Below are positions 31,225 to 40,769 of a stretch of 64,000 nt of DNA, piece by piece. The stretch is from contig OY820905.2 in the NCBI GenBank assembly GCA_963555755.3, positions 2,816,001-2,880,000 on the forward strand, read 5' to 3'. The notes below the pieces were generated by a model. The model made no database searches, was not told where the DNA came from, and saw only the letters and a program-made list of their open reading frames with translations. The position numbers and the translations under genes are program-made. Positions within the stretch are counted from its first letter, which is position 1. Every line of letters starts with the position of its first letter. The stretch comes from Nitrospirales bacterium. Its GTDB lineage: Bacteria > Nitrospirota > Nitrospiria > Nitrospirales > UBA8639.

Positions 31225-32154
31225 CTAAAACTTAATCTCGATAAACGCCTTGTCCTTTAAGTTTGACAACCACTCTCCTCGTACATCGCGGGTTTTTCGT
31301 TGGAACAGGTTATTTTTGATTACGTCTTTGACTTCGTCAAATGGGAGTGGTTCCCCGGGGGTGGTTTCTTCCAACGTTAAAATGTGAATGCCGAGTTCGG
31401 TTTCAATAGGTTGACTTACGTCACCGATCTTCATGCCTTCCAGCGCGCGCGCTAATGGCCCTAATAATTCATTTTTCCGCATAAAGCCCAGATCTCCCCC
31501 AAGGACACTCTCGGTTCCTTCGGAGTGTTGCTGCGCCAATTCTGAAAAGTCTGTCCCATCTTTTAGTTGTTGCACGAGTGCTTCGGCTCGAACCAATACC
31601 TCCGTGCTGGATTCTCCATCCTGAGGCTTCAATAAAATTTGCCTGAGATGATATTGGCCTGGCGTCGTGAATTCCTCTTGGGCTGTGGTGTAATAACTGC
31701 GGACTTCCTCCGGTGAGACCATGAGGCGACGGCGAACTTCGAAGTCCAACATCCGGCGGAGGACCATTTCTTCACGAAGCCGTGATCGAGGTGTCGAGTC
31801 GGCTATCGTAGGTTGAGATTGACGTATTTGATCCAGAGCTTGGTCTAGTTCTTTTTCGGACACAGTGATCCCTTTGGCCCTTGCCTCCTGCAATTGGAGT
31901 TTGCGTTCGATAATTCGGTTTATGACGTCATATTCTTTCTGCGAGAGCCGCCGTTCGAGCTCTTCCCCGTCGTATCGAGCTCTGAGGCGAATGGTTTCAT
32001 CTCGCAGTTCCGTTTCGAGTTCTGAGATTGTAATGACCTCGGTGTTTACGATGGCGGCAATACCATCCTTGAGAGCCTTGAGAGGTTCGGCGAAAGAAGA
32101 GGTTGGGGGAAAGATAAAGAGCCCCAGTAATATGACGATGGGCAATCCCATCAT
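31225..32154 (-). CDS. SurA-like periplasmic parvulin PPIase
   Basis: Signal peptide, IAAIVNTEVIT, FSELAQQHS, GGDLG; the longer ORF start runs through a REP. Confidence 0.85.
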   Translation of the reverse strand: MMGLPIVILLGLFIFPPTSSFAEPLKALKDGIAAIVNTEVITISELETELRDETIRLRARYDGEELERRLSQKEYDVINRIIERKLQLQEARAKGITVSEKELDQALDQIRQSQPTIADSTPRSRLREEMVLRRMLDFEVRRRLMVSPEEVRSYYTTAQEEFTTPGQYHLRQILLKPQDGESSTEVLVRAEALVQQLKDGTDFSELAQQHSEGTESVLGGDLGFMRKNELLGPLARALEGMKIGDVSQPIETELGIHILTLEETTPGEPLPFDEVKDVIKNNLFQRKTRDVRGEWLSNLKDKAFIEIKF

Positions 32155-32173
32155 AAATCGGCTGCGCGGGAGA

Positions 32174-32216
32174 ACCCCCTCACCCTCCCCTCTCCCCCTT
32201 TGAGGGGGCGAGGGAT
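32174..32216. repeat. REP-like CCCTCACCCTCCCCTCTCCC...GGGGCGAGGG hairpin
   Basis: Typical intergenic palindromic unit. Confidence 0.6.
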
Positions 32217-32330
32217 AAGAGAAGGCCTGGGATTCTGAAGTCAGTACTTTATGGCTAGGTTTCACGAGTTTACGATGATGAGTCATTGAAAGAGAAAGGG
32301 AAAATATTTTGTCGAGCTTTATCATGGTGA

Positions 32331-35300
32331 TCATACCTGAACGGGTTCAGATGGTGCGTTGAGTAGGCCTTGAAGAATTGTATTTAATTCGCCGACTTGA
32401 GCCGCCCACTCCTCTTGGCCGGTTTGAATGGCGATCGACTGCGGCGAAAGAAACCGTATGCTGCCTTCGCGGAATTGCAGGAGCCAGTCGAGTCTTTCTT
32501 GCGCAATCGTGGCCTTGGGGTCAAGGGTAAGGGTGATGGTCCCTTTGTTGACTTCCAACGATTCCAAACGAAGTTTTTTCGCAAAGAGTCTAATCTGCAT
32601 GACTTCAAATAATCGCTCGACCGCATCAGGCAGCGGGCCATACCGGTCCTGAGTTTCTTCGTGAAGCAGGGCCAGATCCCCAATCTTTTGGCTGGCAGAC
32701 AATCGTTTATAAAGCGAGAGTCGTTGGTGTCCATCCTCAACGTAATCATCCGGGATGAAGGCTGACACATTCAAGTGCAAGGTTGGATCAACCTCTTCTT
32801 CGACCTCTTCGCCCTTCATGTGCTGTACGGCTTGTTCAACCATCTGCATGTAGAGGTCGAGGCCTACGGCAGCAATATTTCCGGACTGTTGCTTGCCGAG
32901 AAAATTGCCAGCCCCACGGATTTCCAAATCGGCCGCGGCAATGCGGAACCCGGATCCCAATTCGGTAAACTCTTGAATGGCCATGAGTCGCTTTTGCGCC
33001 TCGGTGCTCAAGACCTCTTCGTTGGGGAAAAAGAAATACGCATAGGCCTGGTCACCGGCTCGACCCACCCGGCCGCGCAATTGATACAATTGTGCCAAGC
33101 CAAACGTATCCGCGCGATCGACCAAAATCGTGTTTGCCCGTGCCACATCCAAGCCGGATTGAATGATAGCCGAGGCTACGAGAATATCCGCTTCACCATG
33201 AAAGAATTTTAACATGACGCCTTCCAACACGCGTTCATTCATTTGCCCATGCGCCATGAGTATGCGAGCCTCGGGCACAAGATCCTGAATCCAGCTTGCG
33301 GCTCGCTCCATACTTTGTACCCGATTGTGCACATAAAAGACTTGCCCCTCGCGCGCGAGTTCTCGGCGAATGGCCTCGCGAATGATATTCGGATTAGAGC
33401 GGAGGACTTGGGTGCGAATGGCCAGGCGCCCTTGCGGGGGTGTGTCAATGATCGATAGATCGCGCACTCCGGAAAACGCCATTTGCAGGGTTCGAGGAAT
33501 GGGTGTCGCGGTCAGCGTCAGAACATCCACCTGCTTACGCAGTTGCTTGAGCCGTTCCTTGTGCCGAACGCCAAACCATTGTTCTTCGTCGATGATGACC
33601 AGTCCTAAGTTTTTAAACTCCACGCTTTTTTGCAGCAACCGATGTGTGCCGATGACAATATCGACGATACCGGATGCCAAGTCCGGCAACAGGGCTTTGA
33701 CGTCCTTAGGACTTTGGAATCGCGAGAGGACACCGACGCGAACCGGGAACGGAGCGAACCGGCGACAAAACGTTTCGTAGTGCTGTTGGGCGAGAAGTGT
33801 GGTGGGGACAAGGACGGCCACTTGCCGGTTGTCCTGCACGGCTTTGAATGCCGCACGCATGGCGACCTCGGTTTTGCCGTATCCCACATCGCCGCAAATC
33901 AACCGGTCCATGGGCTTGGCTAATTCCAAATCTCGTTGGATATCCTCGATGGCTTTGATCTGGTCCGGAGTCTCTTCATAGTCAAACGCCGCCTCGAACT
34001 CGTGGGTCATGGTCGTGTCTTCAGTATAAGTGCGTCGGGTCGTAACTTCACGACTGGCATACAATTCCACCAGTTCGTGGGTCATGTCTTCGATGCCCTT
34101 TTTCACTCGCGCTTTGGTTTTGGCCCAACTCGTCCCGCCGAGTCGGTCCAGCTTTGGCGCGTTGTGCTCACCCCCTCGATATTTCTGGACTTGGTTGATG
34201 CGGTCGAGCGGCACATACAAGGTATCTTTGCCGGAAAATTCCAAAATCAAATAGTCGCTTTCAAATCCCTGGACGGAAAGATGACGTAACCCTTTGTAAC
34301 GACTGATGCCATGCTGCACGTGAACGACATAATCCCCAGCATTGAGATCTTCCAGCGAAGATAAAAACTTCGCGGTTTTACTTTTGGGTTGAGGACGGTG
34401 CCGTGAAACTTTGGCGAAAAGATCATCCTCGGTCACGATCGCAAACGGTGTGTCCTGCACCAGGAATCCCGACGAAAGGTATCCTTGTTGAATGTAAAAT
34501 GGCTCACGTTCCGATGGAGTGGATTTCAGCGAAGGTTTTCCTTCAATAGCTGGTGCTTGGTGTTCGGCGAACAGCGCCAACAGGCGGCCAACCTGACCAG
34601 TTGAACGAACCACGACGGTCACGGGTCCTTGGGTACGCAACTGTTCAAGAATTTTGAGGGTCGCGGTGAAGGAAGTGCCACGTAATCCCAACCCCACGCT
34701 TTTGAGGGATTGAAGCGATACCGGAATGACCGGGTCCCACTCGCCCTCAGTCGGTGGGATGACGTCACTCGCCACGATGGGGCTCGACGCCATCAAGTCC
34801 AGAAACTCGTCCCAAATGAGATAATGCGCGTCAGGCTCAGGATACGGTACGCCTGTGTCTGATTGTTCCAGTTGTTCCCACGTTTCAAGTAACCTGTCCC
34901 ACATGGTTTGCGCTTCATGCGCCAGGTTCAATGGACGATCCATGAGGACGAGTGGAGCCTCCGTGAAATATTCGAACAGCGTGTCCATGGATCCATACAG
35001 CTCGGGGGATCGCCATTCGGCATCCGGGGTAAGAGCCGGCAGTTCGGAGTCCGCCAGCAGTTCGGAGTCCGCCGGCAGCTCGGAGTCCGATTCACCGAGA
35101 GGGATCAGGTATTCTCGGGCCGGCAAAATGTTGGCGAAGGAAACCCGTTCTGTCGATTCTTGAGAGGCCGGATCGAAAAGCCGAGTCGATTCCACGGTAT
35201 CGCCGAGGAACTCGATGCGATAGGGTTCACTTTCCGCGGTGGAAAAAATGTCCACAATACCTCCTCGGACACTGAATTCCCCGGGAATCTCGACAACGGA

Positions 35301-35849
35301 GACTCGGCGGTACCCAATTCTGAGAAGGTGGGTGATCAAGGGTTCACGATCAATTGCACTGTCGACTTTCAGGGTTAGGCAAGACTGAGTAAAAACCGAA
35401 TGGGGCACAAGTCGTTGCAACGCGGCTTCCGGCGTGGTGATGACCATGGTCGGTTGCTGTTCATGCAACCGAAACAGCGTGCGCATTCGTTGAGCCACCA
35501 GATCCACCGAGGGCGCCGTGGCTTCGTACGGCGTGGTCCCTCGATTTGGGAAAAACGCCAGCGTCTCTGTGGAAAGGGCAAACAGGTTAAAGAAGAAGTG
35601 CAGGTCTTGGTAGAGCTGAGCCGCTTCGTCATGAGTAGGCGTGAGGATAATCCATGAATGCGGAAGTTGCGTCCTAGTATTCACGGTTGTGGCTGAAGAG
35701 CCGGTGCCTGGTAAATTATTGGTCAACAGGCTGATGGTAAAGGCCAGACTCGCTCCATGGGGTCCAACCAGGAAAGGCTTGGTTTCCGGTCCCGCTAAGG
35801 CGTCGAGAACGGACTGTAAGGTTTGAGTTTCTAAGGTGCGCATGGGCAT
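32331..35849 (-). CDS. mfd: Transcription-repair coupling factor
   Basis: GEFSVRGG, GDVGYGKT, DEEQ, TATPIPRT, QLRGRVGR, TRCF C-terminus. Confidence 0.97.
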   Translation of the reverse strand: MPMRTLETQTLQSVLDALAGPETKPFLVGPHGASLAFTISLLTNNLPGTGSSATTVNTRTQLPHSWIILTPTHDEAAQLYQDLHFFFNLFALSTETLAFFPNRGTTPYEATAPSVDLVAQRMRTLFRLHEQQPTMVITTPEAALQRLVPHSVFTQSCLTLKVDSAIDREPLITHLLRIGYRRVSVVEIPGEFSVRGGIVDIFSTAESEPYRIEFLGDTVESTRLFDPASQESTERVSFANILPAREYLIPLGESDSELPADSELLADSELPALTPDAEWRSPELYGSMDTLFEYFTEAPLVLMDRPLNLAHEAQTMWDRLLETWEQLEQSDTGVPYPEPDAHYLIWDEFLDLMASSPIVASDVIPPTEGEWDPVIPVSLQSLKSVGLGLRGTSFTATLKILEQLRTQGPVTVVVRSTGQVGRLLALFAEHQAPAIEGKPSLKSTPSEREPFYIQQGYLSSGFLVQDTPFAIVTEDDLFAKVSRHRPQPKSKTAKFLSSLEDLNAGDYVVHVQHGISRYKGLRHLSVQGFESDYLILEFSGKDTLYVPLDRINQVQKYRGGEHNAPKLDRLGGTSWAKTKARVKKGIEDMTHELVELYASREVTTRRTYTEDTTMTHEFEAAFDYEETPDQIKAIEDIQRDLELAKPMDRLICGDVGYGKTEVAMRAAFKAVQDNRQVAVLVPTTLLAQQHYETFCRRFAPFPVRVGVLSRFQSPKDVKALLPDLASGIVDIVIGTHRLLQKSVEFKNLGLVIIDEEQWFGVRHKERLKQLRKQVDVLTLTATPIPRTLQMAFSGVRDLSIIDTPPQGRLAIRTQVLRSNPNIIREAIRRELAREGQVFYVHNRVQSMERAASWIQDLVPEARILMAHGQMNERVLEGVMLKFFHGEADILVASAIIQSGLDVARANTILVDRADTFGLAQLYQLRGRVGRAGDQAYAYFFFPNEEVLSTEAQKRLMAIQEFTELGSGFRIAAADLEIRGAGNFLGKQQSGNIAAVGLDLYMQMVEQAVQHMKGEEVEEEVDPTLHLNVSAFIPDDYVEDGHQRLSLYKRLSASQKIGDLALLHEETQDRYGPLPDAVERLFEVMQIRLFAKKLRLESLEVNKGTITLTLDPKATIAQERLDWLLQFREGSIRFLSPQSIAIQTGQEEWAAQVGELNTILQGLLNAPSEPVQV
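35035..35088 (-). repeat. 3 x 18 bp in-frame tandem repeat in mfd
   Basis: Encodes DSELPA-DSELLA-DSELPA. Confidence 0.9.
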
Positions 35850-36056
35850 GTTTGGTTCAAACAACCCCCGGCGAGGTGGCCATTCTTTCTAGGAGGTAGT
35901 TGATTTGGGAAGGAACGGATCGTGAGGCGTTTCCCACGTTTTAATGGTATCACGTATTAAAACAGCTGAGTTCATTTTTTGAGACTGTTGAATAATTGAA
36001 AGATTTTCATCATGCCATTTTCATGTAACACATCTTATGAAACGCCAGGAGGAACA

Positions 36057-36178
36057 GGGGATGTTCAAAAAGGTGCGTTCAGCAAGGCCGCAGGTCCTTT
36101 GACGCGCGGAGCGTACTCATAGTACGTGAGCACGACAAAGGACCGAGAACGCCGCTGACGCCCTTTTTCAACATTCCC
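36057..36178 (+). repeat. Family A repeat overlapping the rfaE2 stop
   Basis: A TIRs and core. Confidence 0.9.
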
Positions 36179-36650
36179 TTTTTTGAATGCGTTCGATGAT
36201 CAAACTTGTGGAGACATCGGGGGTCAGGGAAATACTCTTCACCGTACCGCCTCGTTTCTCCACAATTTCTTTTCCAACAATCTGGTCAAGAGGCCAGTCG
36301 CCGCCTTTAACGAGGACATCAGGTTGAAGCATTTCGATAATCTGAAGCGGGGTCGATTCATCAAACCTCACGACATAGTCCACGCAGGTTAATGCGGCCA
36401 GTACTTCTATTCGCTGATCCACCGGGGTCAGAGGTCGTCCAGGCCCTTTAGTCAAGGAGCGTACGGATTCATCACTGTTGACTGCCACGACCAACAGATC
36501 ACCTAGAGCCCTTGCGGATTGAAGGTAACGAATGTGTCCGATGTGAAGCAAATCGAAGCATCCATTCGTAAACACGACGCGCTCACCCTTCCGCTGTCGG
36601 TCTTGAAGGAGGCTTGAAAGCGTGTGGGGAGAGGTGATTTTATCCGTCAT
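36168..36650 (-). CDS. rfaE2: D-glycero-beta-D-manno-heptose 1-phosphate adenylyltransferase
   Basis: [27 protein letters not shown]. Confidence 0.92.
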   Translation of the reverse strand: MTDKITSPHTLSSLLQDRQRKGERVVFTNGCFDLLHIGHIRYLQSARALGDLLVVAVNSDESVRSLTKGPGRPLTPVDQRIEVLAALTCVDYVVRFDESTPLQIIEMLQPDVLVKGGDWPLDQIVGKEIVEKRGGTVKSISLTPDVSTSLIIERIQKREC

Positions 36651-36826
36651 AGAACCCTACGCATGGGAATGTCAGATCCAGATTCTTTATGATACATTTT
36701 CAAGGACGGAAATCCTAGCTGGGATTTTGTTTTGTCTTAAGGGCAAACGTCATCTGACTGAAGGAGACTGATGCGTGATCTTAAGGCAGTGGCTGTGATA
36801 GTCTGCGTTCCTAGAAAGTCCTTGCC

Positions 36827-38314
36827 ATGAGTTCACTGATGACAACACAAGAAGGTCCTTCAATGCGAAGACAAAAAGCCGGGCTATTGGTGGCTCCAGC
36901 CCTTGCTGGCTTGATCTATCTCATTCCCTTTCCCAACCTTCCCGGTAATGCCCATGTGTTAGCTGCCATTCTTACGTGGGTTGTCGTCTCGTGGATTACA
37001 GAAGCCATTCCCTTGGCCATTACCTCGTTACTCGGGGCCGCCTTTTGCGTGGCTGCGGGTCTGGGGTCGGTCAAAACCGTGTTCTCAGCTTTTGCCCATC
37101 CGATTATTTTTCTCTTTATCGGAAGTTTCTTTTTGGCCGAGGCCTTTGTTGCCCACAAGGTTGATCAGCGTTTTGCCGTGTGGCTGTTGTCATTAAAATG
37201 GGTGAATGCGAAACCCGCAGGTCTTTTTCTTGCCATGGGACTCGCCACTGCCCTGTTATCGATGTGGATCAGTAACACGGCGGCCGTTGCTATCATGGTT
37301 CCCATGGCTCTGAGCATTCTTTCTACCCTTCGTCAGGGGGGCATGCCCTTGCCCTATGAATCCGGCGTGATGCTCCTTCTAGCCTATGGGGCGGCAGCGG
37401 GGGGAATTGCTACGATGATCGGGACCCCACCAAATCTGATTGGCGTGGGATTGCTCGCTGAGCAGGCGGGGATTGAGTTATCGTTTTTCGAATGGTTTTC
37501 GATCGGGTTCCCATTGACCTGTGTGATGTTTCTTCTCGTGTATGGAGTGTTAATGTGGTTGCACCCACCACCGCATGCGTTTCCGGCGCTTTCCGGACAC
37601 ATTCGCACGGTGGGAGGGGAGCAGGGAGCCTGGACTCGTGGTCAAAGAAATACCTGTTTGGCCTTAGGTCTGGCAATTGGATGCTGGATTGGCCCAGGCC
37701 TGTTGGCTATTGTTCTGGGAAGGGATGCTGAGATTGTGATATTTTTGAACGCACGACTTCCCAAAGAACTCGTGCCCATTTTCGCGGCGGGTTTGCTCTT
37801 TGTGCTGCCGATCAATTTTAAAGCCGGCGAATTTACCCTAACCTGGGCGCAAGCGAAGAACATTAATTGGGGCACGATTTTGTTATTTGGGGGCGGATTA
37901 GTGTTTGGTCATTTGATGGTCGAAACAGGCTTGGCGAAGATCTTTGGGCAAGGCCTGGTCGATGTGTTTGGCGTTCAAACTCTGTGGAGCTTAACGGCCG
38001 TGGCTATTGGCGCGGCCTTGTTGTTAACGGAGATTGCCTCAAACACCGCTTCCGCGAGTATGCTCGTACCGGTTGTAATTGCGATTGCCCAAGCTGCGGA
38101 TGTCTCCCCCATTCCACCGACCATGGGGGTCTGTCTGGCCGCGAGCTTAGCCTTCGTGTTGCCGGTTTCCACTCCTCCCAACGCCATTGTGTATGGAACG
38201 GGATTAGTGCCGATTCAGCATATGCTGCGGGCGGGGATTCTTTTAGATATCATTGGTGCGGTGTTGGTTTGGGTCACCTTGTGGCTTATGTGTCCACTGT
38301 TGGGATTGGCATGA
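36827..38314 (+). CDS. DASS/SLC13 sodium:dicarboxylate or sulfate symporter
   Basis: WISNTA, IGTPPN, ASNTAS, VSTPPNAI. Confidence 0.92.
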   Translation: MSSLMTTQEGPSMRRQKAGLLVAPALAGLIYLIPFPNLPGNAHVLAAILTWVVVSWITEAIPLAITSLLGAAFCVAAGLGSVKTVFSAFAHPIIFLFIGSFFLAEAFVAHKVDQRFAVWLLSLKWVNAKPAGLFLAMGLATALLSMWISNTAAVAIMVPMALSILSTLRQGGMPLPYESGVMLLLAYGAAAGGIATMIGTPPNLIGVGLLAEQAGIELSFFEWFSIGFPLTCVMFLLVYGVLMWLHPPPHAFPALSGHIRTVGGEQGAWTRGQRNTCLALGLAIGCWIGPGLLAIVLGRDAEIVIFLNARLPKELVPIFAAGLLFVLPINFKAGEFTLTWAQAKNINWGTILLFGGGLVFGHLMVETGLAKIFGQGLVDVFGVQTLWSLTAVAIGAALLLTEIASNTASASMLVPVVIAIAQAADVSPIPPTMGVCLAASLAFVLPVSTPPNAIVYGTGLVPIQHMLRAGILLDIIGAVLVWVTLWLMCPLLGLA

Positions 38315-39087
38315 GTTCTCTCCTGGAAATTAAACAAAGTCATACGGTGATTGTGGTGTTACCGGCGTACAACGCCGAACGAACCTTGGAGCAAACCGTG
38401 AAGGATATCCCTCGAGATTGGGTGGATGAAATTCTCCTGGTTGATGATGCGAGTCAAGATGAAACCTGGCATGTGGCCCAACGACTCGGGGTGGCAACGG
38501 TGAGGCATCAGGAAAATCGCGGGTATGGAGGAAATCAAAAAACCTGTTATGCCGAAGCCCTCAAGCGCGGGGCAGATATTGTCGTGATGGTGCATCCGGA
38601 TTATCAATATGATCCCGCGCTGATTCCACAGCTCATCGAGCTGCTGCTTCGGAATGAGTCTGATGCGGTGTTTGGTTCTCGCATGCTCGGGGGGCAATTT
38701 ATCGAAGGCGGCATGCCACTCTGGAAATTCTATGGCAATGTGATGTTAACGGCCCTGGAAAACATGGTGTTACACGTGTTTCTTTCCGAATACCACTCCG
38801 GATTCCGGGCCTATTCCAGACGGTATCTGCAGAGGGTGAACTTGCTCGCGAATTCGAATGACTTTGTGTTTGATACCGAAATTATCGTACAAGGGATCGC
38901 TCAGGGCCTCCACATTCGCGAAGTACCGATCACCACGAGATATTTCGACTCGGCCTCCCAAATTTCTTTTTGGAAAAGTGTGCGGTATGCCCTGTCCATC
39001 ATAGGCGTGTTGACGAGGTTTCTCCTACACCGGAGGGGTTTGAGGTCTAGCAGGTTATTTGAGTCGCCGCGCTCGGGTGTCGAGTAG
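38311..39087 (+). CDS. Glycosyltransferase family 2 (DPM1-like)
   Basis: VLPAYN, VDDAS, GYGGNQKT, HPDYQY; ATGA overlap with the DASS gene. Confidence 0.9.
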   Translation: MSSLLEIKQSHTVIVVLPAYNAERTLEQTVKDIPRDWVDEILLVDDASQDETWHVAQRLGVATVRHQENRGYGGNQKTCYAEALKRGADIVVMVHPDYQYDPALIPQLIELLLRNESDAVFGSRMLGGQFIEGGMPLWKFYGNVMLTALENMVLHVFLSEYHSGFRAYSRRYLQRVNLLANSNDFVFDTEIIVQGIAQGLHIREVPITTRYFDSASQISFWKSVRYALSIIGVLTRFLLHRRGLRSSRLFESPRSGVE

Positions 39088-39293
39088 GGCCTTCCTTAGG
39101 ACCTGAGAGAAAATAACTTGGACATCTCGCATCCAATCTTCGGGCCATCTTTGAACGGGCCTCAATCGAAACACCCTCAACATAGCTGTGCTATGCCTCG
39201 GGTTTTTCTCAATCGTTCCGTCCAAATCCGACCCAAATCTTGGCGCGATATTGTCCAAGTTATTTTCTCTCAGGTCCTTGGAAGAATCATTTA

Positions 39294-39878
39294 ATGAATA
39301 CACCCCTTCACATCGTCGTGGTCAGTTCCGATCCGACTGTCAGTTTGCACATGAAGGAGCAGGGGAATGGGGACATTGTGCTGGTGAGTGATCTCCAGAC
39401 CTTAGGTCAGACAGCCCGAACACGACCCATCGATGTGCTGGTGTTGAACGACGATGTTAAATTGGAAGACCTGGCCTTTTTGGGACCAACCCTTGATTTA
39501 TCGAAAACGGTGGTGATGGCTGGTCCATTGCCCCAGGTAGAAGCCGTCACCACAATCAGGGGCCTGTTGGGAGATCGAAAAGCTGGAAACCCATCTTCAG
39601 CTCGGTCAAATGTGACCCTTGAAGACTACGTTGAATCGAAGTTCAGTGAATTCGTCCGGGCCATGAAAGCCAGTTCTGCCCGAAGTTTATACGCCACGCT
39701 GATTCGCGCGGTTGAGCGTCCGTTGATTGAATTGGCCCTTCGAGAGACCCATGGCAACCAAATTCAGGCAGCCCAACTGTTGGGATTGAACCGAAACACC
39801 CTCCGAAAAAAGATCTCCGAGTGTAAAATCTCCATAAAAAGGCGACCACGGTCTCAGCGAGAAAAAGAACCGTCTTGA
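39294..39878 (+). CDS. Fis-type HTH regulator with N-terminal extension
   Basis: VERPLIELALRETHGNQIQAAQLLGLNRNTLRKKI. Confidence 0.85.
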   Translation: MNTPLHIVVVSSDPTVSLHMKEQGNGDIVLVSDLQTLGQTARTRPIDVLVLNDDVKLEDLAFLGPTLDLSKTVVMAGPLPQVEAVTTIRGLLGDRKAGNPSSARSNVTLEDYVESKFSEFVRAMKASSARSLYATLIRAVERPLIELALRETHGNQIQAAQLLGLNRNTLRKKISECKISIKRRPRSQREKEPS

Positions 39879-39896
39879 GACCCCCCTTGAACCTAG

Positions 39897-40185
39897 GAGC
39901 CTGTCCAAGATTAGGAATCGTCGCGAGGGGGTGCTAGTTTGAGTCAAATGTTTTGATCGTTTGAGGCGAATAGTTTGGCTATTTAACGAAAACGGGGAAT
40001 GTTCAAAAAGGCCATCCAGCAAGGCCGCAGGGGTTTTGGCGCGCGGAGCGTACACGGAGTACGTGAGCACGCCAAAAGCCCGAAAACGCAGCTGGGGGCC
40101 TTTTTCAACATTCCCCGAAAAAGATCAAAAGATCTGGCCAAATCCAGCGCACCCGCAGTAGATCCGTCTAATCTTAGACAGGCTC
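39897..40185. mobile_element. MITE family E with nested A (39994-40116)
   Basis: TIR GAGCCTGTC..AGATTAG / CTAATCT..GACAGGCTC, CTAG duplication on both sides. Confidence 0.85.
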
Positions 40186-40326
40186 CTAGGTTCAAGAGGC
40201 CTCCTTCCTGTGAAAATCTTTTGAAGGTCATAGGGAGTTTCCCTAATCCCAAATCCAGACTTTCCTCAACAAATCAATCACTTCTTGACATTACCTCCAG
40301 GGCTCTACTAGCATGGAAAGGTTGTG

Positions 40327-40449
40327 GAGCGCTATTGAAAAAGTCCGCCAGCGATGTTCTCGGCCCGTTGTCGTGCTCACGTACTCCTTGTACGCTCCGC
40401 TCGCCAACTGGCCTGTGGCCTAGCTGGACGGCCTTTTTCAACAGCGCTC
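40327..40449 (-). repeat. Family A repeat immediately upstream of the tRNA
   Basis: GAGCGCTATTGAAAAAG...CCTTTTTCAACAGCGCTC. Confidence 0.85.
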
Positions 40450-40460
40450 TTTTCATGGAT

Positions 40461-40535
40461 AGGCGCGTAGCTCAGGGGGAGAGCGCTACCTTGACACGGT
40501 AGAGGTCGACGGTTCAATACCGTCCGCGCCTACCA
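40461..40535 (+). tRNA. tRNA-Val(GAC)
   Basis: Cloverleaf AGGCGCG/CGCGCCT, anticodon arm CTACC-TTGACAC-GGTAG, GGTTCAA T-loop, encoded CCA. Confidence 0.97.
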
Positions 40536-40560
40536 TTTTCGTGTCATCATCCCTCATGCC

Positions 40561-40723
40561 CCTAGAAACGGCAGTTGGATCACAAAAGTCCGCGCAAGAT
40601 ATTGGCGCACCTAGCACAATAAAAAAATGTCTCGTCACCACAAAGGTGACCATGACTTTTTTTATTGCACCAGGTGCGCCAATATCTTACAGGTTTGTTT
40701 TGCGCCCAACTGCTGTTTCTAGG
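40561..40723. mobile_element. MITE family C (empty copy)
   Basis: 163 bp long imperfect palindrome CCTAGAAAC...GTTTCTAGG. Confidence 0.8.
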
Positions 40724-40769
40724 ATGAACCATTCTTAAACAGGGTAGTCATTTTTTACGATTTAGAGTT

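Noticed and set aside
32155..32334. 60 aa N-terminal extension of the SurA-like ORF
   Set aside because: It runs through a REP-like hairpin and precedes a normal signal peptide.
37867..38310. Long N-terminal extension of the GT2 ORF
   Set aside because: It overlaps the DASS gene out of frame; the ATG at 38311 fits the family start.
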